Assembly (NCBI GenBank): GCA_964428755.1
Contig: CAYRYX010000001.1
Span: forward strand, 533-31,283
Reading direction: 5' to 3'
Source of the DNA: an uncultured Bdellovibrionales bacterium
Lineage (GTDB): Bacteria; Patescibacteriota; Minisyncoccia; Moranbacterales; UBA1568
Length of the DNA stretch: 30,751 nucleotides
Shown here: one piece after another, positions 15,408-24,701 of the stretch
Layout: each line of letters starts with the position of its first letter
Numbering within the stretch: the first letter of the stretch is position 1
Position numbers and translations under genes: made by a program
Notes under the pieces: generated by a model
The model's database searches: none
Seen by the model: only the letters and a program-made list of their open reading frames with translations
What the model was told of the DNA's origin: nothing

Positions 15408-16565
15408 ATGCGTATCTCTTATTCCGCCCTCGACACGTACCAGACGTGTCCGCTCAAGTACAAATACCGGGAAATCGACCGTATCAAAGAGCCGAAATCC
15501 AAGGAGGCCGTCTTCGGAACGCTTCTCCATTCGGTCATGCACTACATTCACTCCCCGGCTCTCGTATTGCCGACACTCGAGGAAGCGTTGAATTTCTTTT
15601 CACAAAATTGGAATGCCGATATCTGGGCGAGCGAGCTCGAGGAGCGCGCCGCTTTTTCACAGGGAGTGAAGATCATCCAGGACTACTATGCGAAACACGA
15701 CCCAGCTGATTTTACCATCGTCGATCTGGAGAGCCGATTCTCGATAGAGATCGGTGACGAGAAAAGCGGCACGCATATAATCGCCGGCATCATCGACCGG
15801 ATCGACAAGACCGCGGACGGGTACGAGATCATCGACTACAAGACCGCCAAGAAGATGCCGTCTCAGGAGACCGTAGATACCAACCTCCAGCTTTCGATCT
15901 ATCTCAAGGCGTTTCTTGATCGGTATCCGAAGGAGCGGGAGAACCTGGACAGCATCACCGTCTCGCTCTACTTCCTCAAGCACGGCGCCAAACTTTCGGC
16001 GACACGGACCGAGGAACAACTTGCCGAGCTCGACCGGATATTCCTCGAAGTGATCGCTTCGATCGAGGCGGGAAAGTTCGACCCGGTGCTTTCCCCGCTC
16101 TGCGATTGGTGCGGATATCAGAAACTCTGTCCGCTTTGGAAACACAAATTCGCAGAGGAGCGGAAGATGGACTCAATCGAAGCGCGTGCCGCCATCGACG
16201 ACTACATCGCCGCCAAAGAGGAGGCCGGCTCCGTGAAGCGGAAACTCGCCGAGCTCCAGGAGCGGATCTTCTCCTATATGGAAAACGAGGGGGTCGACCG
16301 GGTGTTCGGTGAACGGGGTATCGTCGGGAAATCGGTCCGGAAGACGTACAAGTACGACGAGGCGCGTCTCAAGGAAATCCTTGCGCCGCTCGGCCGGCTC
16401 GACGATGTCATGAAGATCGACGGTATCGCGCTCAAGAAAGTCTCAGGGGAACTTCCGCCGGCCGCGAAAAAGGAAATAGAGGAGGCGCGTGTCCTCGATA
16501 AGGAAAGCGTTTCTCTTTCGGTGAAGAAGGGATCGTTTCTCGATGAGGAGGATATCGTCCTATGA
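15408..16565 (+). CDS. PD-(D/E)XK nuclease, RecB/AddB/Cas4-like, with probable Fe-S cysteines
   Basis: SYSALDTYQTCPLKY, FGTLLH, GIIDRID, IIDYKT, QLSIY, CDWCGYQKLCP; C-terminal helical extension. Confidence 0.9.
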   Translation: MRISYSALDTYQTCPLKYKYREIDRIKEPKSKEAVFGTLLHSVMHYIHSPALVLPTLEEALNFFSQNWNADIWASELEERAAFSQGVKIIQDYYAKHDPADFTIVDLESRFSIEIGDEKSGTHIIAGIIDRIDKTADGYEIIDYKTAKKMPSQETVDTNLQLSIYLKAFLDRYPKERENLDSITVSLYFLKHGAKLSATRTEEQLAELDRIFLEVIASIEAGKFDPVLSPLCDWCGYQKLCPLWKHKFAEERKMDSIEARAAIDDYIAAKEEAGSVKRKLAELQERIFSYMENEGVDRVFGERGIVGKSVRKTYKYDEARLKEILAPLGRLDDVMKIDGIALKKVSGELPPAAKKEIEEARVLDKESVSLSVKKGSFLDEEDIVL

Positions 16566-16573
16566 TATGAAAA

Positions 16574-16603
16574 ACCGGAAGGGCGCATTGCGTCTCTTCC
16601 GGT
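16574..16603. terminator. hairpin between convergent genes
   Basis: accggaag-ggcgc-att-gcgtc-t-cttccggt. Confidence 0.6.
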
Positions 16604-16613
16604 ATCACGCGTA

Positions 16614-16967
16614 TCAGACGCTTCCTATGGAAAACGATCTGAAGTCGTCCTCTCCGTCGTCGTGTCGACCGTCTTCGTATAGCATCTCATACGTCCTTTC
16701 GATGCGGCCGAGAATCGTTTCCAGTCTGAGAATCAGGGAGATTTCTCCCATCATGGTCGAGAAGACCGCCACGTCACAGATGTGGTCGCTACGAGTGAAG
16801 CCGTTTTCCCTGTCGAGCGCCGCGATCGTTTTCGGATCCGACACATAGACGAATTCCCCTCCTCCGACCGATTCGGGGACACATATGGCGATGTCGAAAG
16901 CGCGTAACTCCGCCTTTTTCAGGGCATGCTTCCGCTCATCGGTGATGAGAATCCTTCTCACTTCCAT
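16614..16967 (-). CDS. hypothetical protein (~117 aa)
   Basis: AAGGAG RBS before MEVRRIL; no family recognised. Confidence 0.6.
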   Translation of the reverse strand: MEVRRILITDERKHALKKAELRAFDIAICVPESVGGGEFVYVSDPKTIAALDRENGFTRSDHICDVAVFSTMMGEISLILRLETILGRIERTYEMLYEDGRHDDGEDDFRSFSIGSV

Positions 16968-17066
16968 GGTAAGACACTCCTTTCCTGATTTGAAAAAACA
17001 AAAAACGGGAATCCCGATATTTCCATGATACCACATCCGCTTCCTCTCCGCTTTCTCGGTGTCGCG

Positions 17067-17861
17067 TCAGTCTTTCTCCGATTTCTCCGTCCGGGGAATG
17101 ACGATGATGTTCTTTTGCGGAATGTCGGTCGTCTTGAGGTGATATCCGGTCCCATAATCCCGGATCGCATCGAAAAGAACGGCCTCGTCGTACCGGTACG
17201 AGGCACCGCGACGGGTTCCCGGGTCGTTCGTGACGAATTCCCCCGTTTCGGCGTCGTATCCGATGATGACGAGCATGTGATAGACCGGTCCGGGAGGCGT
17301 GTAATTCGGGTTCCCGAGTTTTCGTCCGTCGAACGGTGCGATCACGATGTTCCCTCTCCGGATCGCGTTCGTGACATCGTCCCGCGTCACATCGTGGCGG
17401 ACGTTCGCCTCCACTTTGGAATACTCCCGGAAGAGAGTCGCGGTGTCTTCGGCGGAGGTGTCGTAGGCGTTTTCCCCGAACCGCTTTTCCGCGTCTGCCG
17501 AAATCGAACGGATACCCAGTTCGACGACCGTTTTTTCCGGAAGCGTTTCTTCGTTTCTCGCCCATGCGGCCGCCATGAGGATCGACGCTTCCTCGCAGGC
17601 ATTCTGGAAAACCGGATCGGACCACTGTGCCGAGGGCGCCTGCGAGGTGAACGGGACGACGTGCGTTATCGACTCCGGAAGTTCGGGTTCCACCTCCGGA
17701 ACGACCGGTTCATCCGGAATCCGGAGCGGTGCGACGGCGATCGGGTTCTCGATGGTAACCGACTGCTCCCATGTGACTTTCGGCGTATCCTCGCGAATCG
17801 GCCAAAACCACGCGACAGAAATCGCGGCGGAGGCGACGACGATCGATAAGAGTATCTTCAT
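17067..17861 (-). CDS. membrane-anchored C39-like cysteine peptidase
   Basis: N-terminal TM; VPFTSQAP, NACEEAS (Cys), YHMLVIIGYD (His), NDPG (Asp). Confidence 0.85.
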   Translation of the reverse strand: MKILLSIVVASAAISVAWFWPIREDTPKVTWEQSVTIENPIAVAPLRIPDEPVVPEVEPELPESITHVVPFTSQAPSAQWSDPVFQNACEEASILMAAAWARNEETLPEKTVVELGIRSISADAEKRFGENAYDTSAEDTATLFREYSKVEANVRHDVTRDDVTNAIRRGNIVIAPFDGRKLGNPNYTPPGPVYHMLVIIGYDAETGEFVTNDPGTRRGASYRYDEAVLFDAIRDYGTGYHLKTTDIPQKNIIVIPRTEKSEKD

Positions 17862-17921
17862 AGGATGTGATAGGATATCGCGACAGTATACACCCGATTC
17901 CCTCATCTCGGAAAATGAAAA

Positions 17922-17949
17922 GCCGCCAGGATACGATATATCCGGCGGC
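17922..17949 (-). terminator. intrinsic terminator after the small Zn-finger genes
   Basis: gccgcc-a-ggata...tatcc-ggcggc stem followed by tttt on the - strand. Confidence 0.6.
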
Positions 17950-17955
17950 GGTCCC

Positions 17956-18144
17956 TCAATAGGCGATTTTTTCCGGCATAAGGAGACTGCCGTCGCAGTG
18001 TTCGCCGTGCGGATCGTTGTGATCTTCGACGACGATATGCGTTTTTTCCCCGTGAATGGCGGCATCATCGATTTCGGTATTCCCCTTCCGATCCGAATCG
18101 ATGAGGTCGAGTTCTTTGCCGCACACCTGGCATATTCCTTTCAT
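17956..18144 (-). CDS. small putative Zn-binding protein (62 aa)
   Basis: MKGICQVCGK...HNDPHGEHCDGS; GGAG RBS; ATGA overlap with the upstream ORF stop. Confidence 0.65.
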   Translation of the reverse strand: MKGICQVCGKELDLIDSDRKGNTEIDDAAIHGEKTHIVVEDHNDPHGEHCDGSLLMPEKIAY

Positions 18145-18518
18145 GATCCCCTCCTGTTCGCGAAACGTTGTGATCGTGATTCCTTCTTTTTCCTCTTTTT
18201 GACTTTCATCTGGACGGATGAACCGGAGGAGCTCTTCTTCGCGGGGGATCCCATCCCGTTGTGCCTTCGGTCCTCCATGACGGCTTGTGCGGCGCGTTCT
18301 CCCAGGGGCGGTGAACGGTTGGCACTCTCGATCAATGTCTGAGCAACAAGAGGTGTCGTCTGCATCGTGAAGATACGTCTTGGATGTGACGGCTTTTCCG
18401 GCCCCATTGAAACGTTGATTTTTTTCAGACAGGCGTCGCAAAGCCATTGTCCGTCATTGAATCCATTGCCGTCTTCCTGTTCGCAGGCCTCGCATGCGCG
18501 TGGGAATGAGCAGTCCAT
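18141..18518 (-). CDS. putative Zn-ribbon protein with basic disordered tail (125 aa)
   Basis: AAGGAG RBS; CEAC...CDAC; the tail is low-complexity, so its frame is less certain. Confidence 0.5.
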   Translation of the reverse strand: MDCSFPRACEACEQEDGNGFNDGQWLCDACLKKINVSMGPEKPSHPRRIFTMQTTPLVAQTLIESANRSPPLGERAAQAVMEDRRHNGMGSPAKKSSSGSSVQMKVKKRKKKESRSQRFANRRGS

Positions 18519-18647
18519 GTGTTTCTCCTTCGCTCGGTTGTAAAAGAAAAGAATAGGATATCTGTACCAGGAAATCGCTCTTTTCGCAAGCCCGACTTGC
18601 CAAATGACGGTTTTCATGGCAGAATGGAGCTTCGTAAACAAGAGCAT

Positions 18648-19373
18648 ATGGAGAACAAGTCGGAGCGCGAAGCCATCCCTTTCCCCGTCCGTATCAATCG
18701 GTACCTTGCGCTGCGGGGTGTCGCGACCCGTCGCGCCGCCGAGAAGTTCATCGAGGAAGGAAAAGTGATCATCAATGGCAGGAAAGCGGTTCTGACCGAT
18801 CGCGTCCAGGAGGACGATGTCGTGACCGTGAAATCCATTCCGAAGCGCACGTATCGATACTTCGCCTACTGTAAGCCGCGCGGGATACTGACGCATTCTC
18901 CCCAATCGAAGACGGAGCGGGCGATAGCCGATGTCATAAACATTCCTGGTATATTCCCGATCGGTCGGCTCGACAAGGATACCGAGGGGCTGCTCATCCT
19001 GACCGACGATGGTCGTGTGACCGATCGGTTGCTTTCCCCGCGTTTCGACCATGAGAAGGAGTACGTCGCGACGATACAGGAGCGGGTCCGTCCGGACATG
19101 ATAGCCCGTCTTGCCGCGGGGCCGGATCTCGAAGACGGTCCGAGCAAGCCGTGTCAGGCATTTTCCCGCGGAGCGCATAGAGTGACGATCGTCCTCACCG
19201 AGGGTCGCAAGCACCAGGTGCGGCGCATGCTTTCGGCGGTCGGCGGTACGGTGACGGAGCTCGAGCGGGTCCGGGTCATGAATATCGAACTCGGCAGTCT
19301 CTCCTCCGGGGAATATCGTGCGATCACCGGCGCGGAAAAGGAGGAATTTCTCTCCGCGCTCGGTCTCCGGTAA
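18648..19373 (+). CDS. rRNA pseudouridine synthase, RsuA/RluB/RluF family, with S4 domain
   Basis: RINRYLA...RRAAEKFIEEGKVIING (S4), KPRG, GRLDKDTEGL, HEKEY, LTEGRKHQVRRM. Confidence 0.93.
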   Translation: MENKSEREAIPFPVRINRYLALRGVATRRAAEKFIEEGKVIINGRKAVLTDRVQEDDVVTVKSIPKRTYRYFAYCKPRGILTHSPQSKTERAIADVINIPGIFPIGRLDKDTEGLLILTDDGRVTDRLLSPRFDHEKEYVATIQERVRPDMIARLAAGPDLEDGPSKPCQAFSRGAHRVTIVLTEGRKHQVRRMLSAVGGTVTELERVRVMNIELGSLSSGEYRAITGAEKEEFLSALGLR

Positions 19374-19410
19374 AAACGGATCAAGAATAAAACGCTCTAT
19401 CAGAAAAGCT

Positions 19411-20871
19411 ATGGCAAAAGACCAGGTCGTCCTCCGGTTCGACAACGTCTCATTCGAATATGTCCATGACAAACCGATCCTCGACGGGGTCAGTTTCTCG
19501 ATGCGTACCGGATCGAAGTTTACGCTCATGGGACAGAATGGTGCGGGAAAAAGTTCGCTCTTCACGCTTATCACCGGAGAGGCACGCCCGCAGCAGGGGC
19601 GCATCTCAATCGACAAGGGAGCGACCGTCGCCATCGGTCGTCAGGTCATCCCTCGCGATGAGCTCGACTTGTCCATTTCGGATTTCTTCGCCCGATACTA
19701 TCGCGGCAAGGAGTGGGATCTTCCGAAGCATATCGCGGAGGTGCTTGAGGCGGTCAATCTTCCGCTTCCCCCGCTCAAGAAGAAGATCCGGGAATTTTCC
19801 GGTGGTCAGCAGGCGCGATTGCTTCTCGCTTCCGCGCTCATTCAGGACCCGGACATACTCCTCCTCGACGAGCCGACGAACAATCTGGATGCGGACGGCG
19901 TCGCGCACCTCACCTCGTTTCTCATGATGTATGACAAGACCGTGCTCGTCATCTCGCACGATGCGGATTTCCTGAACGCCTTTACTGAAGGCGTGCTCTA
20001 CCTCGATGTCCATACGCACAAGCTCGAGCAGTACGCCGGCGACTACTACGACGTGGTGGCGGAGATAGAGCGACGCATCGAGAAGGCGGAAAGCGAGAAC
20101 GTCCGTCTCGAGCGGACCATTCGCGAGAAGAAGGATCAGGCGAACGTCTTCGCGAACAAGGGCGGGAAGCTCCGTGCCGTGGCGAAACGGATGCGCGACC
20201 TGGCGGAAGAACTCGAGGAAAACAAGGTGGACGTCCGTCGTGAGGACAAGACGCTTCCCGCTTTCACTATTCCCTGTCCCGAGACGGTCGGACCGATCGT
20301 CACGATAAGGACCGTTTCCGTCATGGGACACTTCGGTCCGAGTATCGTCCCGGTGAACATCGAGCTCCGCAAGAACACGCACATGCTCATCTCCGGTCCG
20401 AACGGCATCGGGAAGAGCACCTTCCTCGAGTCGCTTGCCTCCGGGGACCCGGAGCGGGTCACGCTCGCGCCCGGCACGAAGATCGGTTACTACCGTCAGG
20501 ATTTCTCGACGCTTGATTTCGACCGGACCGCCTTCGAGGCGATAGAGGAAGTCATGGAAAAAGGAGAGAAGGAGGACGTGTATAAGGTCGCGACGCGGTT
20601 CCTGCTCCCCGCCGAACTCCTCAAGAACAAGGTGGCGAGCCTTTCCGAAGGACAGAAGGGACTGCTCCTCTTCGCGCGGCTCGTGGTGGAGGAGCCGAAT
20701 CTGCTCATCCTCGACGAACCGACGAACCATATCAACTTCCGTCACATCCCCGTCATCGCCGAGGCGCTCGACGCATACAAAGGTGCGATGATTCTCGTTT
20801 CGCATGTGCCGGACTTCGTCTCCCAGATCCGCATCGACGAGGAACTCGATCTCGGAAAGTATGCAGGATAA
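19411..20871 (+). CDS. ABC-F family ATPase
   Basis: Two ABC cassettes (GQNGAGKS/FSGGQ/LDEPTNNLD and GPNGIGKS/LSEGQ/LDEPTNH); no TM segments. Confidence 0.93.
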   Translation: MAKDQVVLRFDNVSFEYVHDKPILDGVSFSMRTGSKFTLMGQNGAGKSSLFTLITGEARPQQGRISIDKGATVAIGRQVIPRDELDLSISDFFARYYRGKEWDLPKHIAEVLEAVNLPLPPLKKKIREFSGGQQARLLLASALIQDPDILLLDEPTNNLDADGVAHLTSFLMMYDKTVLVISHDADFLNAFTEGVLYLDVHTHKLEQYAGDYYDVVAEIERRIEKAESENVRLERTIREKKDQANVFANKGGKLRAVAKRMRDLAEELEENKVDVRREDKTLPAFTIPCPETVGPIVTIRTVSVMGHFGPSIVPVNIELRKNTHMLISGPNGIGKSTFLESLASGDPERVTLAPGTKIGYYRQDFSTLDFDRTAFEAIEEVMEKGEKEDVYKVATRFLLPAELLKNKVASLSEGQKGLLLFARLVVEEPNLLILDEPTNHINFRHIPVIAEALDAYKGAMILVSHVPDFVSQIRIDEELDLGKYAG

Positions 20872-22117
20872 CTCGATACGATACGACGTGGCGGTCATCG
20901 GTGGCGGACCCGCCGGCATGATGGCGGCGGGACGGGCGGCTGCGCTCGGCGCGCGCGTCGTGCTTCTCGAAAAGAACGCCTCGCTCGGCGAGAAACTGCT
21001 CATCACCGGCGGCGGTCGGTCCAACATCACGAATGCGGAATTCGACCGGAACATCTTCCTCCGGAAATTCGGTCGTGCCTCGAAATTCCTCTTCTCCCCG
21101 CTCGCGCGATTCGGCGTGCAGGATACACTCGACTTTTTCGATGTACTCGGAATGCCGACAAAGATCGAAGCCGAGAAACGTGTTTTCCCGGTGAGTGACA
21201 GATCGCAGTCCGTCTTCGACGCGCTCTTGCGATATATGGATCAGGGTGACGTGACGGTGCTTCCTGGAGCGGAGGTGACCGGATTGGATGTTTCGGACGG
21301 AATGGTTTCCGGTATCCGCCTCAAGGCGGGTGGCGTGGTGCAGGCACGTTCGTATGTACTCGCGACCGGCGGGAAATCGCATCCGGAGACCGGATCGACC
21401 GGTGACGGATTCCGGTGGCTCGAAAAGATAGGACACACCGTCATCAATCCACGTCCGTCGCTTGTGCCGCTGCGCGTACGCGAGCGGTGGGTACGCGAGC
21501 TTTCCGGCGTCAGTTTCCCGGATGCCAAACTTACGGTCTTTCAGGATGGCAAGAAACAGGAGAGCCGGAGAGGAAAACTTCTCTTCACGCATTTCGGGCT
21601 TTCCGGTCCTCTAGCGCTCAACATGAGCCGCGGTATCGATGAGCTTCTGAAACAAGGAGCCGTGACCGTTTCGGTGGATCTGTTTCCCGGTCAGGATATC
21701 GGCGCGCTCGACAAGGAGCTGCAGATCATCTTCGATTCCCGGAAGAACAAACAGATACGGAACGGTCTGGATGGCTTTGTTGTTCCGTCGCTTGTTCCGG
21801 CGCTTCTTGAAATCACGGGTATCGATCCGGACAAACAGATAAACGCCGTGACACGCGAGGAGCGACTTGGATTGATACATGCCCTGAAAGACCTCCCGAT
21901 GACCGTGGAGGGGCTTCTGGGGGCTGATAAGGCGATTGTGACGAGTGGTGGCGTCGCGCTTTCGGAAGTGGATTTCAAATACATGCGGTCACGGCTTTTC
22001 CCGAATCTCTATCTCGTCGGAGACATCCTTGATATCGACCGTCCTTCCGGCGGCTACAGCCTCCAGCTCTGCTGGACGACCGGATTCGTCGCCGGAACCT
22101 CCGCTGCGGAAAAATAA
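20861..22117 (+). CDS. HI0933/YhiN/BaiN-family FAD-dependent oxidoreductase
   Basis: IGGGPAGMMAA, KLLITGGGRSNITN, ATGGKSHPETGSTGDG, FTHFGLSGP, VTSGGV, GGYSLQLCWTTG. Confidence 0.93.
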   Translation: MQDNSIRYDVAVIGGGPAGMMAAGRAAALGARVVLLEKNASLGEKLLITGGGRSNITNAEFDRNIFLRKFGRASKFLFSPLARFGVQDTLDFFDVLGMPTKIEAEKRVFPVSDRSQSVFDALLRYMDQGDVTVLPGAEVTGLDVSDGMVSGIRLKAGGVVQARSYVLATGGKSHPETGSTGDGFRWLEKIGHTVINPRPSLVPLRVRERWVRELSGVSFPDAKLTVFQDGKKQESRRGKLLFTHFGLSGPLALNMSRGIDELLKQGAVTVSVDLFPGQDIGALDKELQIIFDSRKNKQIRNGLDGFVVPSLVPALLEITGIDPDKQINAVTREERLGLIHALKDLPMTVEGLLGADKAIVTSGGVALSEVDFKYMRSRLFPNLYLVGDILDIDRPSGGYSLQLCWTTGFVAGTSAAEK

Positions 22118-22118
22118 A

Positions 22119-22145
22119 ACGCGCATCCTATTGGAGGATGCGCGT
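22119..22145. terminator. terminator hairpin between convergent genes
   Basis: acgcgcatcct-attgg-aggatgcgcgt (11-bp stem); T-run on the - strand. Confidence 0.7.
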
Positions 22146-22162
22146 CGCGCGAAGATGCTCGC

Positions 22163-23446
22163 CTAACCTGCGACTGCCCGGAACCCTTCCAGTGAGGCGA
22201 ATCGTCCGTCGTGAGCGTGACGGATTGTCGGCTCACTCTCGGTTACGGCGGAGGCGTTGCGTTTTGCGTCCTGTCGAATCTTCTGACAGCGCGGCAGTCC
22301 GTACATGAAATACGGACAATGTTTTTTTGCACTCAATGGACATGAATGTCCGTCGCAGGCGAATCCCTCTTTCGCCGTGCAGAAACGCTTCTCGTCGAGC
22401 GTCAACCTGGCGAGTTCGACGATCTGCGCGAACGAGAGATCCGTCGCCGGAACGAACGGAGCCGATGGCGACCCGTTGAGGATGCACATCAGATCCGGCT
22501 GGAACGACCAGACACTCCCGGGGACGCTTCCGGTCGGACTGAGGTCGCCGAATCGCCGTTCCTGCCGTTCACCACGGAGGAAGAGCTCCTCGCGGTTCAA
22601 GGCGCGCACGAGACCGGTGAGGTCCGTCCGCGTCTTGGCGTTGGTCAGGACGACGACATTTCCGGAAGGTTTCCGGACGATGGCGACATCCGCCTTCGCC
22701 CACGAAACGATGGCTTTCCCCATCATCGGGTTATCGCTTTCTATGGCGACGAGATCCCGTTTCCTCCCAAGCCGGTCGGTGAAATGAATCGTCTTCCGGC
22801 CCTGTTTCAGGGTTTCGACGGCTTCCTGGAACTTCGTCTTCTCCCATTCGACCGCTTCAAGGCCCTTGAGGAGCCAGGTGGTCTTGGTGTCCCCGTCCAA
22901 CATGAGGGCACCGATCGACTCGACTTCGAACGACGAATCCTTCGGGTCGCCGCGGTCGAGATAGGTCATGAGACCGAGAACGATCCAAAGAAGAGTCTCT
23001 TCCTGCCCGCCGAGCCAGTTCATATTCTTGACGATGTTCGCCAGAGAATATTTCGTGGCGCCGCCCTCGAGGTCGATCCGCGTCGCATAGGCGACGAGGG
23101 TTTCGGCTCTCGGGTCGTCGAATTCGGTGATGTGTTCTTTCAGGAATCGAAGCGCGAGACTCGCGGCGCATTCATTGTGTTTGCGCGCATGAGTCGGATC
23201 CGGGTGTTCATCGAATAAGCCTCCCCAAACACCGATCGGTATCAGGGCCGTGTCGCGCCAATGTTTCAACGCGATGCATGCGGGAACGCTGCTCCCGGCA
23301 TCATCGAAGAGGACTTGGGCGTTCCGGGCTCCACGGATACCGGCCTTTTCGCCGTACAACCAGAGGAGGACCATCGCGACGTATTCGTCGAAATGGGCCC
23401 AAAAATGTGTAACGAAAAACTTCCGTTGCTCGCGATTCGATTTCAT
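22163..23446 (-). CDS. hypothetical protein, possibly MYG1/DHH-like metallo-phosphoesterase, with Cys-rich C-terminus
   Basis: THFWAHFDE and GVWGGLFDEH resemble MYG1-type THxxxxHxDE and VGGxxDHH motifs; five Cys in the last ~60 aa. Confidence 0.55.
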   Translation of the reverse strand: MKSNREQRKFFVTHFWAHFDEYVAMVLLWLYGEKAGIRGARNAQVLFDDAGSSVPACIALKHWRDTALIPIGVWGGLFDEHPDPTHARKHNECAASLALRFLKEHITEFDDPRAETLVAYATRIDLEGGATKYSLANIVKNMNWLGGQEETLLWIVLGLMTYLDRGDPKDSSFEVESIGALMLDGDTKTTWLLKGLEAVEWEKTKFQEAVETLKQGRKTIHFTDRLGRKRDLVAIESDNPMMGKAIVSWAKADVAIVRKPSGNVVVLTNAKTRTDLTGLVRALNREELFLRGERQERRFGDLSPTGSVPGSVWSFQPDLMCILNGSPSAPFVPATDLSFAQIVELARLTLDEKRFCTAKEGFACDGHSCPLSAKKHCPYFMYGLPRCQKIRQDAKRNASAVTESEPTIRHAHDGRFASLEGFRAVAG

Positions 23447-23548
23447 GACAAAGCTCCTTGAAATGAGGAATCTTTCGATTCCTCGGGTGGGATGTTGCTT
23501 GTAAAGGCACTACGTCCGCCAATGTTCAGACATTGAAACAGACAGCGA

Positions 23549-23577
23549 ATAATAGCAGAGAAAGTGCTTTTTGTCAA
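23549..23577 (-). promoter_or_regulatory. sigma70 promoter
   Basis: TTGACA-17 bp-TATTAT with extended TG, upstream of ATG 23446. Confidence 0.7.
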
Positions 23578-23601
23578 TACTGAAGACGGCTTTTCTAAGC
23601 C

Positions 23602-23952
23602 TTACATGTTGTCTTTTCGTTGCACTTCGGATTCGCGCTCTGGTGAGAGATCCATCATTTCTCGGACATTCCAACCCTCGGCTTTCATGTCGCGCATGAT
23701 GTCCGTGATGCCCGCCTGATTCTCGCCATATATTTTGAAAGTCTGCTTGGAGCCGTTCACCACGACCACCATCTCGAATGTTTTGTCATTCAGCTTCTTG
23801 AGCTTCACGCTTTTCCCGCGAGCGCCGACATTCGCTTCGATGACCCCGGGAGCTGTCTCGACCCCGATCCTCCGGAACGCCTTCAATATATCTTTCGCGC
23901 CTTCGATGACCGTCGTGTGCGCTCCCCGTTCGTTGATATGCATCTTTTCCAT
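23602..23952 (-). CDS. hypothetical protein, DUF2103-like
   Basis: HTTVIEG...APGVI...SKQTFKIY pattern; family call is from memory. Confidence 0.6.
   Translation of the reverse strand: MEKMHINERGAHTTVIEGAKDILKAFRRIGVETAPGVIEANVGARGKSVKLKKLNDKTFEMVVVVNGSKQTFKIYGENQAGITDIMRDMKAEGWNVREMMDLSPERESEVQRKDNM
23906..23952. repeat. 47-bp direct repeat, copy 1 (5' end of the DUF2103-like gene)
   Basis: atgaccgtcgtgtgcgctccccgttcgttgatatgcatcttttccat, identical to 24807-24853. Confidence 0.95.
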
Positions 23953-24092
23953 AGTTTGAAAACCTGAAAATATCCGACTCTCTCCAAATCACGGTAGCAT
24001 GGAAAAGAAAAACAATCGATATCGCCGTCATCGTTTCAATCGATTCTTGATCGGTCAAAAAAAACGAGGAGAAAAGATCTCCCCGTGCATGC

Positions 24093-24701
24093 TCAGTCCC
24101 CAACAAATGCTGAGCGGAATCCATCCTCTGTCCAATATCCGGCGAAGAATCCACCGGATGGACAACAGTCCCAGCGGAGACATCCGACACAAGACTCCCC
24201 GACGCGAGCCGCCACCGCTTTGTGCCTGAGTTCGCGACTCGATTCGTGATACAGGGCGACGCTATCCCCGGGGAAAATCGGAAGCCCGCAAAGAGAACAT
24301 CTTGTGACATACCTACGGATATAGTTCATAAGACAAACTGGGCACATTTTCTTGTCGGCTATTCTGATGGTGGGAACCCCGTAGGCATCGAGCTGGTACC
24401 ACTTCGGTCCGTCGTGGCCGCATTCATTCCGAACAGTGCCTGCTGATCGTTCGATGATCCGTATCTCGTCGTTCGGTTTCGGCAAGGGATTTCGCTTCGG
24501 TCCTACGGACACGAATATTTTCTCACCGTCGGGACCGCAGACATCCGGAAGCTCCGATCCGGTTGACTCGTCCGTCTGTGGAGTATCGTTCCGAGTCGCG
24601 GATCTTTTCTTGAGGAATATCCAGAATGCCCTGAGGACAAAGAAGAGGAACGAGAATGCGGAGATGGCGAAAAGGAGATAAGCGAAATAATTGGCTTCCA
24701 T
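24093..24701 (-). CDS. membrane-anchored Cys-rich (multi Zn-finger-like) hypothetical protein
   Basis: N-terminal TM; CGH, CPVC, CSLC, CVGC-x4-CC. Confidence 0.75.
   Translation of the reverse strand: MEANYFAYLLFAISAFSFLFFVLRAFWIFLKKRSATRNDTPQTDESTGSELPDVCGPDGEKIFVSVGPKRNPLPKPNDEIRIIERSAGTVRNECGHDGPKWYQLDAYGVPTIRIADKKMCPVCLMNYIRRYVTRCSLCGLPIFPGDSVALYHESSRELRHKAVAARVGESCVGCLRWDCCPSGGFFAGYWTEDGFRSAFVGD

Noticed and set aside
15408-16565. CRISPR-Cas interpretation of the Cas4-like nuclease
   Set aside because: No cas1/cas2 and no repeat-spacer array anywhere in the window.
23999-24229. + strand 76-aa ORF whose start forms an 11-bp inverted match to the R47 end
   Set aside because: The peptide looks spurious and overlaps the - strand gene; an 11-bp match is within chance.
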